From Blasia pusilla (Eukaryota), in assembly GCA_050084515.1 (NCBI GenBank), contig CM114271.1:45136001-45200000 (forward strand): 64,000 nt of DNA, given 5' to 3'. Positions 50,750-64,000 of the stretch are shown one piece after another; position 1 is the first letter of the stretch; every line of letters begins with the position of its first letter. A program made the position numbers and the translations under genes. Below the pieces are notes generated by a model that had not been told where the DNA came from, did no database searches, and saw nothing but the letters and a program-made list of their open reading frames with translations.

Positions 50750-51400
50750 CCCCATGTCATGCACACTCCAAATTCGTGCTTTAACTATGCAGTTGCATCC
50801 ATTACCGATCATGAGTTTAGGTTACATAAGGAATTCAGATTTTACAAAGCCTTCCATATGGTGCATCTTAGCCATATGATGTAATTTGGGGGTATGAAGG
50901 CATGGCAAATGGAGCCATAGGACTTGATGATATGGTTGCAAGAGATTTGTACCATTCTCGTGAAGGTTTTAAGGGTCGTGTATTATGGACCTCGTATACG
51001 GGGCTCCTTTGATCATTTTTCACTTATCGAATCTTTCCAATCCAATAAATATCTAATGGTATCATACTCATAAATTTCATGAGTTGAAGACCATTGCATG
51101 CCCACAATCATCAAAGATCTCTCAAAGGATGGATATTACATATTTATTCGCATTCTACTGATTGATAAGTCGATCAATAATCTCGAGACAAGTGCTTATT
51201 CATCTAGGTGTCATCCATATCATTCTAGGAGGGTATGAGTATGACAGATGGATACTCTCCATGCAACATCTCCATTAGTCTTTCCTTGACCATGTCTTGG
51301 CTTCTGTTCTAAATTAAGACGTTCTCCATATCACTTTATCTATTGGATCATCAAAAGACGAATCCATGGAACCTTCAACAGTCCCAATGTATTATGCTAA
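50750..51400 (-). mobile_element. Highly decayed retroelement integrase-like debris
   Basis: Scattered motifs (HLSYSYPP.., YGSICHAFIP) resemble an integrase core and C-terminal region; no open frame. Confidence 0.25.
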
Positions 51401-51418
51401 ATGCAAAAGACTCGTGTG

Positions 51419-51743
51419 CATGGTTGCACAGAAACGGACAAGTCCGTTCCTATGTAGGACATGGAAGGACAAGTTTGGACATATCCACGGACATGGATTA
51501 TAAAAGGTGAGGCCCACACTTTATAGTTCATGGTGGAAGGCAAGATAAGGGTGGGCGGAGTAGTAAAGGGGGAGCCAATGAAGGTGGGAGGAAGAAGAAA
51601 CGAGAAAGTGCGGATCACAAAGGCAATTGGGGAAGATGAGAAAGAAGGGGGAGGTGGGGCACACATGGATAAGTCCTTATATAGGATGGACATAAGTCCA
51701 CGTACATGTCTATACACACGGACTTTGTCCATATGCAACCTTA
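51419..51743 (+). mobile_element. hAT-type MITE, copy c
   Basis: TIRs CATGGTTGCA / TGCAACCTTA; 8-bp TSD-like CTCGTGTG / CTCATGTA. Confidence 0.7.
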
Positions 51744-54214
51744 CTCATGTAACTCCATAAGAATTGACAAATATGGCGCCGCTTTGCTCCTACCAAAAAA
51801 TGGTATATATATGCTTCCACAAGCGTCTACTAAGATGGATTTAAGGGACTAGTCTCAAATTGACTTAGCCTTGCAAGAGATGATGGTGAGATCTAAGGTG
51901 ATTTCCCAATCTTTTACCTAAGCACAAAAGGGTGGTTATCATTTCTGGATTAGAGCTTTGGAGAGCATTGTACATAAACACAAGACAACGGAGAATGATG
52001 CACCTTTGAGCAATAATGAAAAGCATCTCGACACGCAATGAACGTCCCTGGGGAAAAGTTGTCGAATTTTGATATCTTAGAGGATATTTCAAAGTTTGAC
52101 TTCTAAGTGCTCGTCCCATAATATTGATGGTATAAGAGACTTCTTCAAGGATATGTCATTATTTATGACGAGTTTGGAATATATGAAGTAGAAAATCTAT
52201 CTTACCAATGAGAAGATTAAAAGAACAATGAGAAATTTCTATTTCCATCATAGGTGGAGGAGTGCTTCCATGTTGAGCCTCCATCCTTAGAAGGATGGAA
52301 GTTTTGAATGATGCATGTTCCTTGGAGTCGAAAATCCCTTTAAGAGATGGGCAAAGTACAATCCAATATAGAAGTGTAGATAGTAGAATAAACAATAGTC
52401 AATCTAGATGATTTATGACTTCCTTCAAAAAAACTTATTTTGAAAAATATGTGAATATATCATAAAAAATCAATTACCTCGTGATTTCTCACCCCACCCT
52501 TCTATATATCCCTTTCCTCTCATGTCTCATCAATTTGCATAACTTCCTCCATTCATAGGCTCCTTCCAATATGGAATCAACGTGCAACTCTCTTGAAAGA
52601 TCAATTTAGTATTGTCGGTAGTAAGCTTTAAAGGTTTGAGGTTCTTCCATATTAGGCATATATTTTCTTTTTTGAATCCCCTAAATTTGATACGCAATCT
52701 ACCGATGACAACTTTGCTATCCATATCATCCCAAATTTAGGTGTCATACTCCTCCACATTACTCTTTGAACTTCTTACATTATCAACTTGAACCTTATCA
52801 CCAAAGCCATCAATACCTTGTGTTTCCCCTAATCTTAGTTTTTCTAGCTTTAGAACAAGAGAGAGAGTAGCTTTTTAATTGGAAGATACTTGTAAAGCAC
52901 TTAAGAAATAAGATAACTAACAAATTTTCCATGAGTTGTAACATACTCATCGAATACTTACATGATCGAAACTCGTAAAAAAACACTCATAGTAAACTTG
53001 CATAGTAGTAGTCCCAGCCAAAATGGGACTTGTAAAAATAATTTGGGAACCCTTAATTGCTATTAGTATTTACAATCCATTTAAGTAATTAAAGTTGATT
53101 GTTTAACCCATAACATGTTATGAGATAACTTCATCAATGACGTTACTATTATCACACTTGGGGAAATCCATCGCACTTTCTTGCGACAATGGGGTTCACC
53201 AAATATTATGTATGATCTTTCCAAATCAAGCTTAGGTTGCCCTCTCTTTAAGCATGAGAGGCAAGAAATTCACCGCTGTGCATGGATGGTGCTACCTATG
53301 GCACTCATAACATATTGGAGATTGATGATTATATCGCATTTCCACTATGAAGATCAATCCTCCACAACACTTGGCAATTTGTCATAGTGTAATAGGTTGT
53401 TGTATTGCAATAATAACCTCTATTTGGAGGTCCTCCATCATTGGAAACCCATTGGAGAGTGATGAGCTACTAAGCTCAATAAAATTTTGGGGGGGTTTTG
53501 GGTGATACTCATGTGTCCATGTTGTGCCAAGTCATCACCATAGTGGCGATGTGGTGGGGGATAAGGATGCAAAACCACCGCCATTACTACAAAATGTGAG
53601 TCGTAAGATATTTCTCACTCCATTGTAAATTTCATCTACGTTGCAAATAAATAATTAATGTCCCAAATATAAAAATAAGCATAGTTCATCCATTTATTTT
53701 CCGTGAAATTTTTTTTTCCAAACAATTCACCTATTTGCAATCCCTATCTCTCTAGAACTCAATATCTCATCTCCTCCAAATTTTGGCGTATTTGTTGTGA
53801 TCTTCCTTTAAGTCAAAATATTGTTAAATATTCTAATCATAGGTTTGGAAAAATAATAGTGGATAACCCTCCACATGAGAAGCCATGGCTACGGAAGGTT
53901 TTAGGCTCTACACATCTTTGTTCGCTTGAACCTCTCAGACATATTGTATATTTTTTAACTTGCATAATAGGGTCCTTGGTGTTGTGAGATCCCCAACCAC
54001 CATCATCTACTTCATTACTTGAAACCATCACATCCAAAAAAAAGGCTCAAACATTATAAATCAATTTAGTCGTGGTTAATTATATCAAAATATGGATTGG
54101 GAATGAGCATATCCTCTCAATTATTGAGTTGATCTCATCACTGTTCAGCATTTTGCAAACCTCTAGCATGGGGCATTGGGGATCCATATTTTCTCTTGGA
54201 GGGGTCACATGCAT

Positions 54215-54492
54215 GTTGTCGTGCGCATACATATCGCTACCCAACATACATCGCTGGTCACATCTACGCCACACAACACCGATCTTCCCCACACACGGGT
54301 CGATCCACATGTACAAAAATCAACTCATACATATACATGGAGATCACACAACGTTGTCGTGCGCATACATATCGCTATACAACATACATCGCTGGTCACA
54401 TCTACACCACACAACACCGGTCTTCCCCACACACGGATCGATCCACACATGTACAAAAATCAACTCATACATATACATGGAGATCACACAAC
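54215..54492 (-). repeat. Tandem pair of ~139-bp B repeats (54215-54352, 54353-54492) next to the PPT
   Basis: Near-identical direct repeats, each starting GTTGTCGTGCGCATAC on the plus strand. Confidence 0.95.
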
Positions 54493-54567
54493 CGCCCCCT
54501 AGTTGGTAGTTGGATCCCCCCAACTCTAGATAGAAAATATCACATCTCTCTGACATGACCTACTACC

Positions 54568-54715
54568 CTATACACATCTCGGACACATCCATCGTCCCGT
54601 GGGAACCAGATCAAGAGGGGGGGTCAGACATGACATATGCCACCCTTGAGAACAACCATCACATACCAACATGGTGGCTGCACCCCTCGTAGATCCGCAC
54701 AACATACACCTCAAG
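54568..54715 (-). CDS. PHD finger at the pol C-terminus (copy 2)
   Basis: CMLCGSTRGAATMLVCDGCSQGWHMSCLTPPLDLVPTGRWMCPRCV, an intact C4HC3. Confidence 0.92.
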
Positions 54716-57630
54716 CCTGCAGATACCACTGCCAAGCTCAGATCCACCGTCCCATCTACGTTCGGAAGATGACATGGCGCACAATTGCGCACATGATCCT
54801 TCCAAACCATACCATCCCGTCCCTCCAATATGAGGACTCAGGTCGGTAATACCTTGCGCACACGTAGGATCGTGTGCCCTGCAGTGACATCTAGCGTCGT
54901 AGGTGCCGCTTGCTGTAAATACACGTAACCTCTAGGATGAAACCTCCTAATACCTGGACGATAACATCCTCCATGAATGGTCGCGTACCTCAATGTATCT
55001 CTATGCTGGGCAATAGCTAAGTTCTCAAAGGCCATAGGCATAACTCTAAGAAAAACCTCTGCCCTCTGAGAACATGCTTGTACCCACACATCTAGATCAT
55101 CAAGATCTAACACCTTCGTCATGTCACGTTGAATCGCTGCAGGTAAATCAGGCTCTCTCCCAAAGAGCAAAAAGTACGGTGAAAATGTCGCCAAGGATGC
55201 CTGCCGACTAAAGCGATAACCCATAGCCAACCATGGCAACTGTAGGTCCCACTCGCTGAACTGTCCCTTGCAAGCCATACTTGCGCAATCCTCTCTTCAC
55301 CGTCTGTACCACTCTTTGCGCCAACCCATCCGCCTCAGGATGATCTCTGGACGTGGTGCGGTGATCTATCAGCGCCTGATCACACAAGGCCTCAAAAATC
55401 TCCCCTGAACTCGGTACCCTGGTCTGTCAACACCTCCGCCGGTGCTCCAAAGTGACTAAGCACACGATCTAGAAACGCATAAGGTGTTCCCTCGCTCGCC
55501 TTGTCTGTAGTGCCACCAACTCTATCCACTTGGAGAAATGCTCCACCATGACCAACACGTAGCTATGATGACACCCCGTCAATGGCAAAGGTCCGGGAAA
55601 GTCTAAAATCCACCGATAACCTAAACCCATAATCGGCAAAGGATGTAATTGCGGAGTGGGAGCATTGAAGGCTGCTCGCACTCTGTCACATACCATACAT
55701 CTGGCCATAAACTGCTGTACCCCATTAGGCATGCCGCGCCACCAATACTGAACCTGGAGTTAGCTGTAAGTACGCTTTACTCCAAAATGTCCCAACTCCT
55801 CATGGGCATGTCGCACTACACGTGCTCGTTGGGAAGGATGAGGTACCACTTGTATCCTACCATCTCCCCATACCCGCAAAATGTGAGTCCCCTCCCACCG
55901 AACCTCTTGGCTCCTCAGAGGATCCGATCCCGCTCCCTAGCACTCACTGTACTCGCAATGACGCCAGTGCGCAAGAACTCCACAACCTCCACGTCGTCAT
56001 GGATATCACGACCACCTGTCGCCTCCTCACTAACCTCCGGATTGAAAGACTCATCATCCAATCCCACCACTGGAGTCATCACTTGTGGCTGACCTGCCAT
56101 AGTCAACCAACAAAGATAGGCAGATGCATGCCAACCGGGCACCATCTCCTCATCACTCTCTCCGTGCCATCGAGCTCCTGTGTCGTCTCTCTGACTCGGA
56201 CATGGGTTACGACTCAACCCATCCGCATCCAGGTTCAACCGAATTGGTCTAACTCATACTCTTGTAGTAATAGAGCCCACTTGGCAAGCTTTCCCGTAAG
56301 CTTGTCGGACTCCATCAACCACCTCAACGGTTGATGATCAGTGATAAGTGTTAAAGGGTTGCCGAATAAATAGCACCTGAAATGTGCCACAGCCCACACT
56401 ACAGCCAAGCACTCTCCCTTGGAGGAGCTGTACTTTGCTTCTGCAATGTTGTTCGATCAGCTCGCGTAAGCCACAACAAACTCTCTCTCCTCGTCATCCC
56501 TCTGAGTAAGCACTGCTCCTACACCCAACATGCTCCAATCTGTATGTAACTGGAATGGGCGACCCCTAACCGGTCTCTATAAAATGGGTGAGGACGTCAA
56601 CCTGTCCTTGAGCTCCTGAAATGCTCGTTCTTGATCATCTCCCCACAACCAAACCTGATCAAGTCTCGTCAACAAGATCAAAGGCTTTGCGATCGCACTA
56701 AAATCCTTGACATACCGTCGATGGAAGTTTGCCAGTCCAAGAAATGCTCAGACTCGACTCACATCTATAGGGCGTGGAATGTGCGCAATAGCCTCTACCT
56801 TTGTCTGATGAACGCCTAACTCACTCGGGTATATGATGTGTCCCAAGTACTCAATCTGCTCTTGAAAGAATCTGCACTTGCTTGGATGTAACTTCAGTCC
56901 ATGTAACTGCAATCGCCGAAACACCTCCTCCAAGTGTCGCTCATGCTCCTCAACCGTGGAACTGAAGATAAGAATATCATCTATGTAACATCGTACAAAA
57001 TCCAAGCCAGAAAGAATCCTATCCATCACTCTCTGAAACTGTGCAGGTGCGTTCTTCAACCCATATGATAAGAACCGCCATTGATACAAGAAATCTCTTC
57101 CGAACCGATCTATCCCCCAGAATGTTGTCTTCTCCCTGTCCTCCAACTTGATAGGAAGTTGATGATAGCCAACACGGAGATCTAAAGTACTGATGATGTT
57201 TGCATGCCCTACCGCATCAAAGATCTCATCAGGAGTAGGCATGGCGTACAGATCTGACCTCGTCTGTCGGTTGATAGGACGGTAGTCTTCACACATCCGC
57301 CTATCCGTCCAATTTCCATACATATCCTTCTTCTTCGGCATGACTGTGGCAGATGCATACTCCCCATGTGATAACTCCACAAGTCCTACCTCCAACAAGT
57401 CCTGACTCCTGCTCTGAATCAAGGCTCACTCCATATCAGAATACTTGTAGGGTCGACGAAAGATTGGCGTATCACTAGCCAACTCAATATGTATCCCGGG
57501 ACCCTTCAGTGTACCAAAGTCTCTCATACTGAAGGCAAAACAACTGACATGCCCTCTCAGAAACCTATGAACTCGCCGTCGCTCTCCTCCTATCAACTTG
57601 AGACCTATCACAGGCTCCCAAGTCTCCATT
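54716..57630 (-). pseudogene. RT, RNase H and integrase of copy 2
   Basis: ORFs 56748-57422 (DYRPIN, YGLKNAPAQFQR, YIDD), 55469-55732 (CMVCD, DFPGPLP) and 54838-55278; contains stops and frameshifts. Confidence 0.93.
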
Positions 57631-57924
57631 GTGACCTCACTCAGAGAGGATGCAACCTCCGGCTGTGGTTGCTATGTAGCAACCCTAGCCACCTCCGCAA
57701 CAGCCACTCCACTCTGACCTCCTACACCATGCTCCACATCCAAAAAATAAACATGTGCTACTCTAGACGCCTTTGCACTCTCTGCTCAAACGACGTCCCA
57801 ACTAGTCCATGGGTGCCTATCTCTCCTCATCTCGCCCCCAACCAATGCCTGTACAGACCCTGTAGGCAATGGTCCAACTTGTGGACGTGACGACATGGAT
57901 GACACTCGCATCCGTCTCTGCTCA

Positions 57925-58600
57925 GCCAAACCTATCCATGTGAGACAGTTGAGGTCCATCGTCTGCCCCAACACCTGTCTCCGGAAAGCCTCAGTCATCC
58001 CTTGCACCGCCATAGTACCAGTAGCAAACTCCATGGCGCGCTCGCGCTCATCTGCTGTAGGCTCCTCCAATGCTCCGGTCACCTCATCCCAAATCCTGCC
58101 TCACCCTCCTTGACGAAAGGCATGGGATGCTGGGAAGCTCACCAACGTAGGTAAGGCTGCCCTCAACTCCCCCATCCTATTGGCCATGGCCAACGGTGGT
58201 CTATCATCGCGTGTCACCACCTGAGATCGACTCCCTGAGCCTCAAATAGCATCCACTATGAGATGTGGTGCTCTCTGGACTCCATCGTATGCTCGACTCA
58301 GTACCTTTGATGGTATCACGTTTGTCCACCACAATTGTGGAAGATGGGCACGTGATCCAACTCTCGCCGCATCTAATAACACAGATGGTTCCAACCAGGA
58401 CCTCACCTGATACACACTCGTCATCACATGTGCACGAGTATCTCCCAACAATGGCACGTTCTTCAAGATGTACGTTGGAGAACATGTCTGACTCTCCTGC
58501 AAGTGTTGTACTACTCGCAGCATCTCCCAAAACATCCCTGACCTCGGATCTTGCAATCCCAATCCTCGGCCAGTTGATTAATGACCCTAACACCCTCCTC
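57925..58600 (-). pseudogene. DNMT3-like domain of copy 2 lacking motifs I-IV
   Basis: GLQDPRSGMFWE, ILKNVP (motif VI, E>K), LLDAARVGSRAHLPQLWWTN (VIII), LPTLVSFPAS, ERERAMEF..RRQVLGQTMDL (IX/X). Confidence 0.88.
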
Positions 58601-60790
58601 TGGGCACTGCCATACAACGGGTGTGATATCCAGTGGGATCAACGTCTCCACTCCAAGATCCCGATCGCCACGTGACTCTCGCTGCTCCGGGATAAAAGCA
58701 TGACTCCACGCGTGCCTCACAAGGTCGTCGGCACTCCTCTGTAGCTCTCGAGTCGTATCCCACAATGGTGAAGAGATGTCGCCAACATGGGAAGAGACAA
58801 CCGCCATGGCCTGTCTCTCCGTGGGACTATCCGCTACGGGGACATCCTCCGCATGTGCGTTCCCCTCCAACAACTCTCCTGGCCAGCTAACACTACCTGT
58901 GAAAGACGCCAACGTGGTCACAGACTCGCCTCGTGATCGACCACCTCGTCCCGCAAACTGCACGGGTAACTGACTCATCCGCCCGTCACCTGACCGCCAC
59001 CCTGGCCGATAAGCAACGGTCTCCTCCCAGAAGTCAAGGATGAATCCTAGGGGATAAAACACTGTACTCCCCACCAACACATCGTACGACTCAACTTGTG
59101 TTGTAATCGCACGTCTGCGCACCATAGCACTATCAATCTCATGCTCTGGCTAGACTCTGACAACTATCTTCTGTCGAGTCATATACAGCGTGGGTGACAC
59201 GCAGTATATGGAAGGAACAAGGCTCAATGTCGGCCTTCCGTAACCCCAACGCTAAACACGCCGCCTTCCCTTACATCAAGGGTTGCGCTCCCGAATCAAG
59301 TAGGACGCGCAGCAGGTGGTATACTATCCCCGTCGGACTAACCAAGCGAAATACTCCAGCTCGGTTATCCAGTAACACTACTCCATGTGTCACCACTGCT
59401 CGATCTATGGCCGGTCGAGCTGGCATATCTACCAACTTCGCCGCCGCCGCATGCCATGACTTTGTGGGGAACGTCCCAAGCACCCGCTCTGAGGGCAAGT
59501 CCACCACCTCCTCAACTACCTCTAAACAAGAAGCAGTCATCTCTCCAAGCTCACACAATGTGGCGGCCAGTCGGAACACCTCAATTGGTCCAACTCCCAA
59601 CGTTGCCAACTCTCCGGCAGAAAATAGTGGAGTCTGACTCACTCTGGTGACCACCTCCAACACTATGGTCGACACTGACTCCACTCCAGCTGGCATAGGA
59701 GTTATCACTCCAACTCCTCGTGACGTCGACGTAGGTGCTTGAGTTGTAGGCACCGCCGGTCGTCGAGGCAACATCAATGGGGTGTGTAGTGCCTCCAACA
59801 ATGTGAATGATTGTGGAACCCTAGCCTGCCGCCCATCGGTCCCCTCTGGTGGGTTAATCTCAACTCCACCTCTCGATGGCTCGGTGCCTCTCGCAACACC
59901 CCGAGTCACCACTGCAGCTGCCTCAACGTGGGCTGCACTACACATAAATCCCATATTGGTGAGATCCTCACCTGGGTCAGGGTAAGAGGTAGAAGCAAGA
60001 GTCACACTAGCTGCTTGTAGCTCCGTGCCTTCCCTAAGCTGCATCATCGTCATGGCAGCAATCCTCTACTCCAACTCATCGATGCGTGAGAGAAGTGCCG
60101 GATCTGGTGCTCCTCCTCGATCTCCTCTGGCTCGTGGTGGTCCTCTACCACCACATCCAAGAAGGACTCCCCAACCTCCTCCAGGATGACCGCCCCGAGG
60201 CCCTCGGCCTACCTTTGGACGTGCCCCTCGGCGAAGGTCAAAACATCTATCCCTAGTGTCACCATATTTGTGGCAATAGTCACACTGGTGCTGTGGTGGG
60301 GCCATCCTCTGTGGCTCCTGAGCAATCGGAGGCGCTGGTGGTCCTCTCTCATGCTGTGGGCAGTCTCTCTGCCTATGGGCCCCTCCACACGTCCAACAAG
60401 ACCACATTGGTCCGTGCTCGACAACATATGTAGGTACGGGTCTTTGCCTCATAGGCTCACGGTACCCACCCTGCTCTCTGGGCACACCGGCCCGCTCCCG
60501 TGGTACTGGTGTTCGCTGTGGCACCTGCGGGGTCACCGTCGCTAGTGGACCCGTCGACTCTTGAGAAAATCCAGTGGTCACTACCTGCTCCTCACTCATG
60601 TTGAGCTCAATACGCTCAGACGACTCAAAGACCACCTTCAATGTGGGCTTCACTGTGTGAATCAGCACCGCATCTCGGACTCTCCTCCATAGTTCTCGGT
60701 CCAGAACCCTGTACCAATACAGGATTGACTTCGCCTCAGTCATTCCATACGTAGCAATGATCAGCCTCCTCATGCGTGTGAATGCCTCTC
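58600..60790 (-). pseudogene. gag and protease of copy 2
   Basis: CWTCGGAHRQRDC and CDYCHKYGDTRDRC; ORFs 60066-60773 and 59271-60053 are in the same frame, separated by one stop. Confidence 0.88.
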
Positions 60791-61495
60791 TTAGACACCA
60801 TGTCTCAACCGCTCAAGCACTCAGACTCACCGAGAGTCTCCCACACGCCTCACTAGCTCACCTATGCTAAGATCAATCTCGTGATGACATACCCGGCCTC
60901 ACGCACACTCAACACTCGGGCTCATCATGAGCCTCCCAACTAACTCACCTAACGTAGCGACACTCTCTCGGGTCATACACGCGACCCCTACTCGGCAACT
61001 GCAGTATATCCATCAATATGCTACACATGAAAAGAATCTACACTCATCACCATTGCTACACCCACCTAGCACCAGCTACTACCCGCTACCTAGCACTCTC
61101 AATCACACACAACAAGTGCAGGAAAAGGGACTCGAATAGGTAACCTCATCATGCCCTCCAACCTACGACATCATCAACACGCACTCCCCCATGTGACATG
61201 GAAACCTCATGACTGACAAACTCCCGTCGCGGATCCCATCCACGCTTACATATCACCAAATGCATAAACGAGCTCCCATTGCACAACTCGCCTCAACCAC
61301 GTCCAATTGTTCAACCTCGTAGCCAGAGTCAACCTGATCTGGCTCCACTCCTACCACGTCAACATGACCCCGACCACATTCGGCCTTTCCCAACCACATC
61401 CGCACTCTCAACCACGTAGCTCAACGTCATCCACGTCCGTTGTCCAACTATGTAGGTCACTTACCACGTCGATATCCTCACCGCCACCACGTTAC

Positions 61496-64000
61496 CTAAA
61501 TGGGGGGGAGCCTTAGCCGGCACCCCTATGGCTCCCTTGGGCCCCAAATGCGGGGAAGGGGGCAAGGGGGGCTAAATCTGACGGGCCCAACCATTGTTTT
61601 CATAGATCCAGATTTACGAGTAGTGCTGGCCGGCACTTTTCGTGAATTTTTATCTAGCAGGGAGAGTTCCGGTGGGACTTCCGTCGAGCCTTGCACATGT
61701 ACCAGAATTTGACGGGGCGATGTCGGGGCTGCAGTGCTTGTCTGGATTCCAGCAAGAATGTGTCGAGAATATGGGGGAGGGCCGACTGAATCTGACAGAA
61801 GATGATGGCTTCCCAGAATAAGCCTCCCGGAATGCTGCTGTTGTAATTTCCGACTATTGGAAATCAGGTACGTAGGTGGCATAGGGGGATGGGATGGCAT
61901 GATGGACGGTTGGATGGAGATTACTTTTTCATGCAGAGATCCGCACCGTCAAAACTTAGTGGGATGGTGGTGAACCCTAACCCGTTTGCCCCTTTAGCCA
62001 TCCAATCTCCATCGACGGCTTTCTAGCCATGGGTTACGGGGGAAGCTGTGGCTTCGGTCCTGCCAAGCCTGGACCCAGGGAGGCAGGGCCCTGGAGTTAG
62101 TACGTCGGGGAGGCCCTCCCCCCCTCATTCGAACAGTTTTCCTCTCCTCTCACTCGACGTTGGCAAAGCGCTGCCAGATTCCCGCCCGGTCTCGACTCCC
62201 GCATTCAAACTCTTTTCTTCACTACACAGTGTCGAAGCTGCCAAAGTTGCCCAACTCCGCACTCGAGTTTGCAAATTCCTTGAGATTCTCCCGTGTCCGA
62301 ACTCTTTTCTTCACTACACAGTGAAGAAGCAGCCGAACTCTGATTTCACAGATTTTCTCTCTCTGCAGTGCAGCTCCGCTCTACGTCTACTCTTGCGCAG
62401 AAACTCCGCTCAACGTTGGCTCATGCTCAACTTCGCGATAGCCTTGGCGGTCTGAGTTTCAACCTTGCAGCCTTGCCCCAATATCTCCCGTCAACGTCTG
62501 CTCATGCACGGCGGCTCGCTTTCGGCGTCCGCTTTTGCAAGACGACCTTGCGGTCTGAGTTTTGACTTGCCCAAAGACATTCTTGTCGACGTCCGCTCTA
62601 GCGCTACTGATCCGAATGTTTGATGTTTTTCCGCTCTCTGATTTGCTGCTGCTCGTTTTTGCTACTTTGCTCCTCTACGCTTTTTCTCTGCAGATCCGTA
62701 CTTCAGTTTAGCGTTAGTGTATTTTCTGTTTTGTTTTTCAGTAACATGATTTGGCTGTTGATTCACAGTGAGCCCCGTTGAAGTCTTGAAGTTGCAAATC
62801 GGCTTTCGTTATAGCCGTTTTGCAACTGGTCTCCCGACTGTTATACTTGGGGGTTGGTTCAATCCGACTGTCATATTTGGGTATTGGATTCAATTTCCAG
62901 CTTGCAGAGATTAGTACCTTTTTTCACAAATACTCAGATGTTTAGATTAAGTTTACTAAAGTAAAGTTTAGGGTTTAGGGTTTAGTTAGTGCTTTGGAAG
63001 TTCGCGTTCTTGACTTGAAGCTTTGTAGCTCTACATCCGCCCGAACTCTTCCATTCGATTTGAAAGAACAGGCCATTTGCTTGACCCTTGGCCACCTGTT
63101 GGTTTGTATGCTTGTTTCCCGCATTCGAGTCTTTTTATTGTGGTTAAATGGCCAAGAGGCAAAAGACCATCAGTGCTTTCTTAGACAAGGGACGCCGGAA
63201 CGATGTTCCAGATATCATTGGATTGTCTCGCTCATCTGATGATAAAGATGAACAACCTACATCAAGCAGTAGTGCAGCTTTACATGAGAAATTTGCATAG
63301 CTTGGAAGGACGTATTCAATGTACAACTGGATTGACTATGATTCAGCCCTTGGTAGAATTTTTTGTAAAGTATGTAGGAAGGGTAAGGTGAAGAGTGCTT
63401 TTGCTAGAGATGGAGCAATCAATTGCAAAGTCTCTGCATTCACTGACCACGCCAAATCCAATGAGCATATCAAACTATCATGGGCTGCAAATGGAGGTAA
63501 GCAATCGATCGCCAAGGCCATTGCAACAACAAACCAAAGTTGTGAAGTAGCCCTCCTAACATTGTTTAGGTGTGCATACTTCCTTGCGAAAGAGGCAATT
63601 CCATTTCTGAAATTCCCCAATCTTTGTAAGTTAATGCTTTCTGTAAATGCACCTATAACCAGAGATCTTTACCACGATGAAAAGAGTTGTAGTGAAATAT
63701 CTTATTATATCAGCCAAGTTCTGCAGAGAATAACTCTTTCCAGAATGCAGGCCTCTCCCTTTTTTGGTATCATGATTGATGAATCCACGGATATATCTGT
63801 TACAGGTCATTTAGTTGTGTTTGCCACTTTCATTGAAGAGGGTCAAGCAGAATGTTGTTTTCTAGGATTACTTCAATCCGAATCCAAATCTTCTAATGCC
63901 ATTACTGAAACCTTGCTGTAACTAATCAAGGATGGAGGGGTGGAGTTTACCAAGATGGTAGCATTTGGATCTGATGGGGCCTCAACAATGGTAGGTAGCC
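61496..64000 (+). mobile_element. hAT DNA transposon (ZNF862-like), running off the window
   Basis: GC-rich subterminal region followed by a transposase ORF; exact TIR not identified. Confidence 0.7.
63148..64000 (+). pseudogene. hAT transposase (TTF-type zinc finger plus DUF4371-like region) with two in-frame stops
   Basis: MAKRQKTISAFL.., WIDYD..FCKVC..H...H, FFGIMIDESTDIS, FGSDGASTMVG; stops at 63298-63300 and 63919-63921. Confidence 0.88.

Larger units (their letters stand above)
54215..61495 (-). mobile_element. Second DNMT/PHD Ty3/Gypsy element (copy 2), 5' end missing or interrupted by a hAT element
   Basis: Same domain order as copy 1: gag 60066-60773, PR LLDSGAQPLM ~59275-59305, DNMT, RT 56748-57422 (YIDD), RH, IN, PHD, PPT 54500-54495. 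Confidence 0.92.

Noticed and set aside
54072-54558. Overlapping ORFs with repeated His/Thr-rich peptides
   Set aside because: They are translations of the tandem B terminal repeats, not genes.
62966-62985. TTTAGGG repeats
   Set aside because: Fewer than three units inside a hAT element; a telobox-like motif, not a telomere.

Overview
Eukaryotic, plant-type genomic DNA (spliceosomal introns, TTTAGGG motifs; a non-seed land plant such as a bryophyte is plausible but not provable here). It holds one intact host gene, a 13-exon cryptochrome-DASH on the minus strand (11115-16684, ~547 aa, one GC-AG intron), inside a nested transposon landscape: an Athila/Tat-like gag remnant, a CACTA fragment, Helitrons, hAT MITEs, LINE debris and a hAT transposase. 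The standout is a Ty3/Gypsy family present three times (full copy 37533-47252, partial copy ~54215-61495, deletion derivative ~6645-8744). Its polyprotein has a DNMT3-like C5-cytosine methyltransferase between protease and RT and a PHD finger after the integrase. The full copy has permuted (split) terminal repeats A1-internal-B1-A2-B2, TG..CA ends, a 4-bp TSD and a Tf1-like self-priming PBS. These features suggest integration from a circular intermediate cut at a site inside the LTR. All alignments were done by eye and domain boundaries are approximate.
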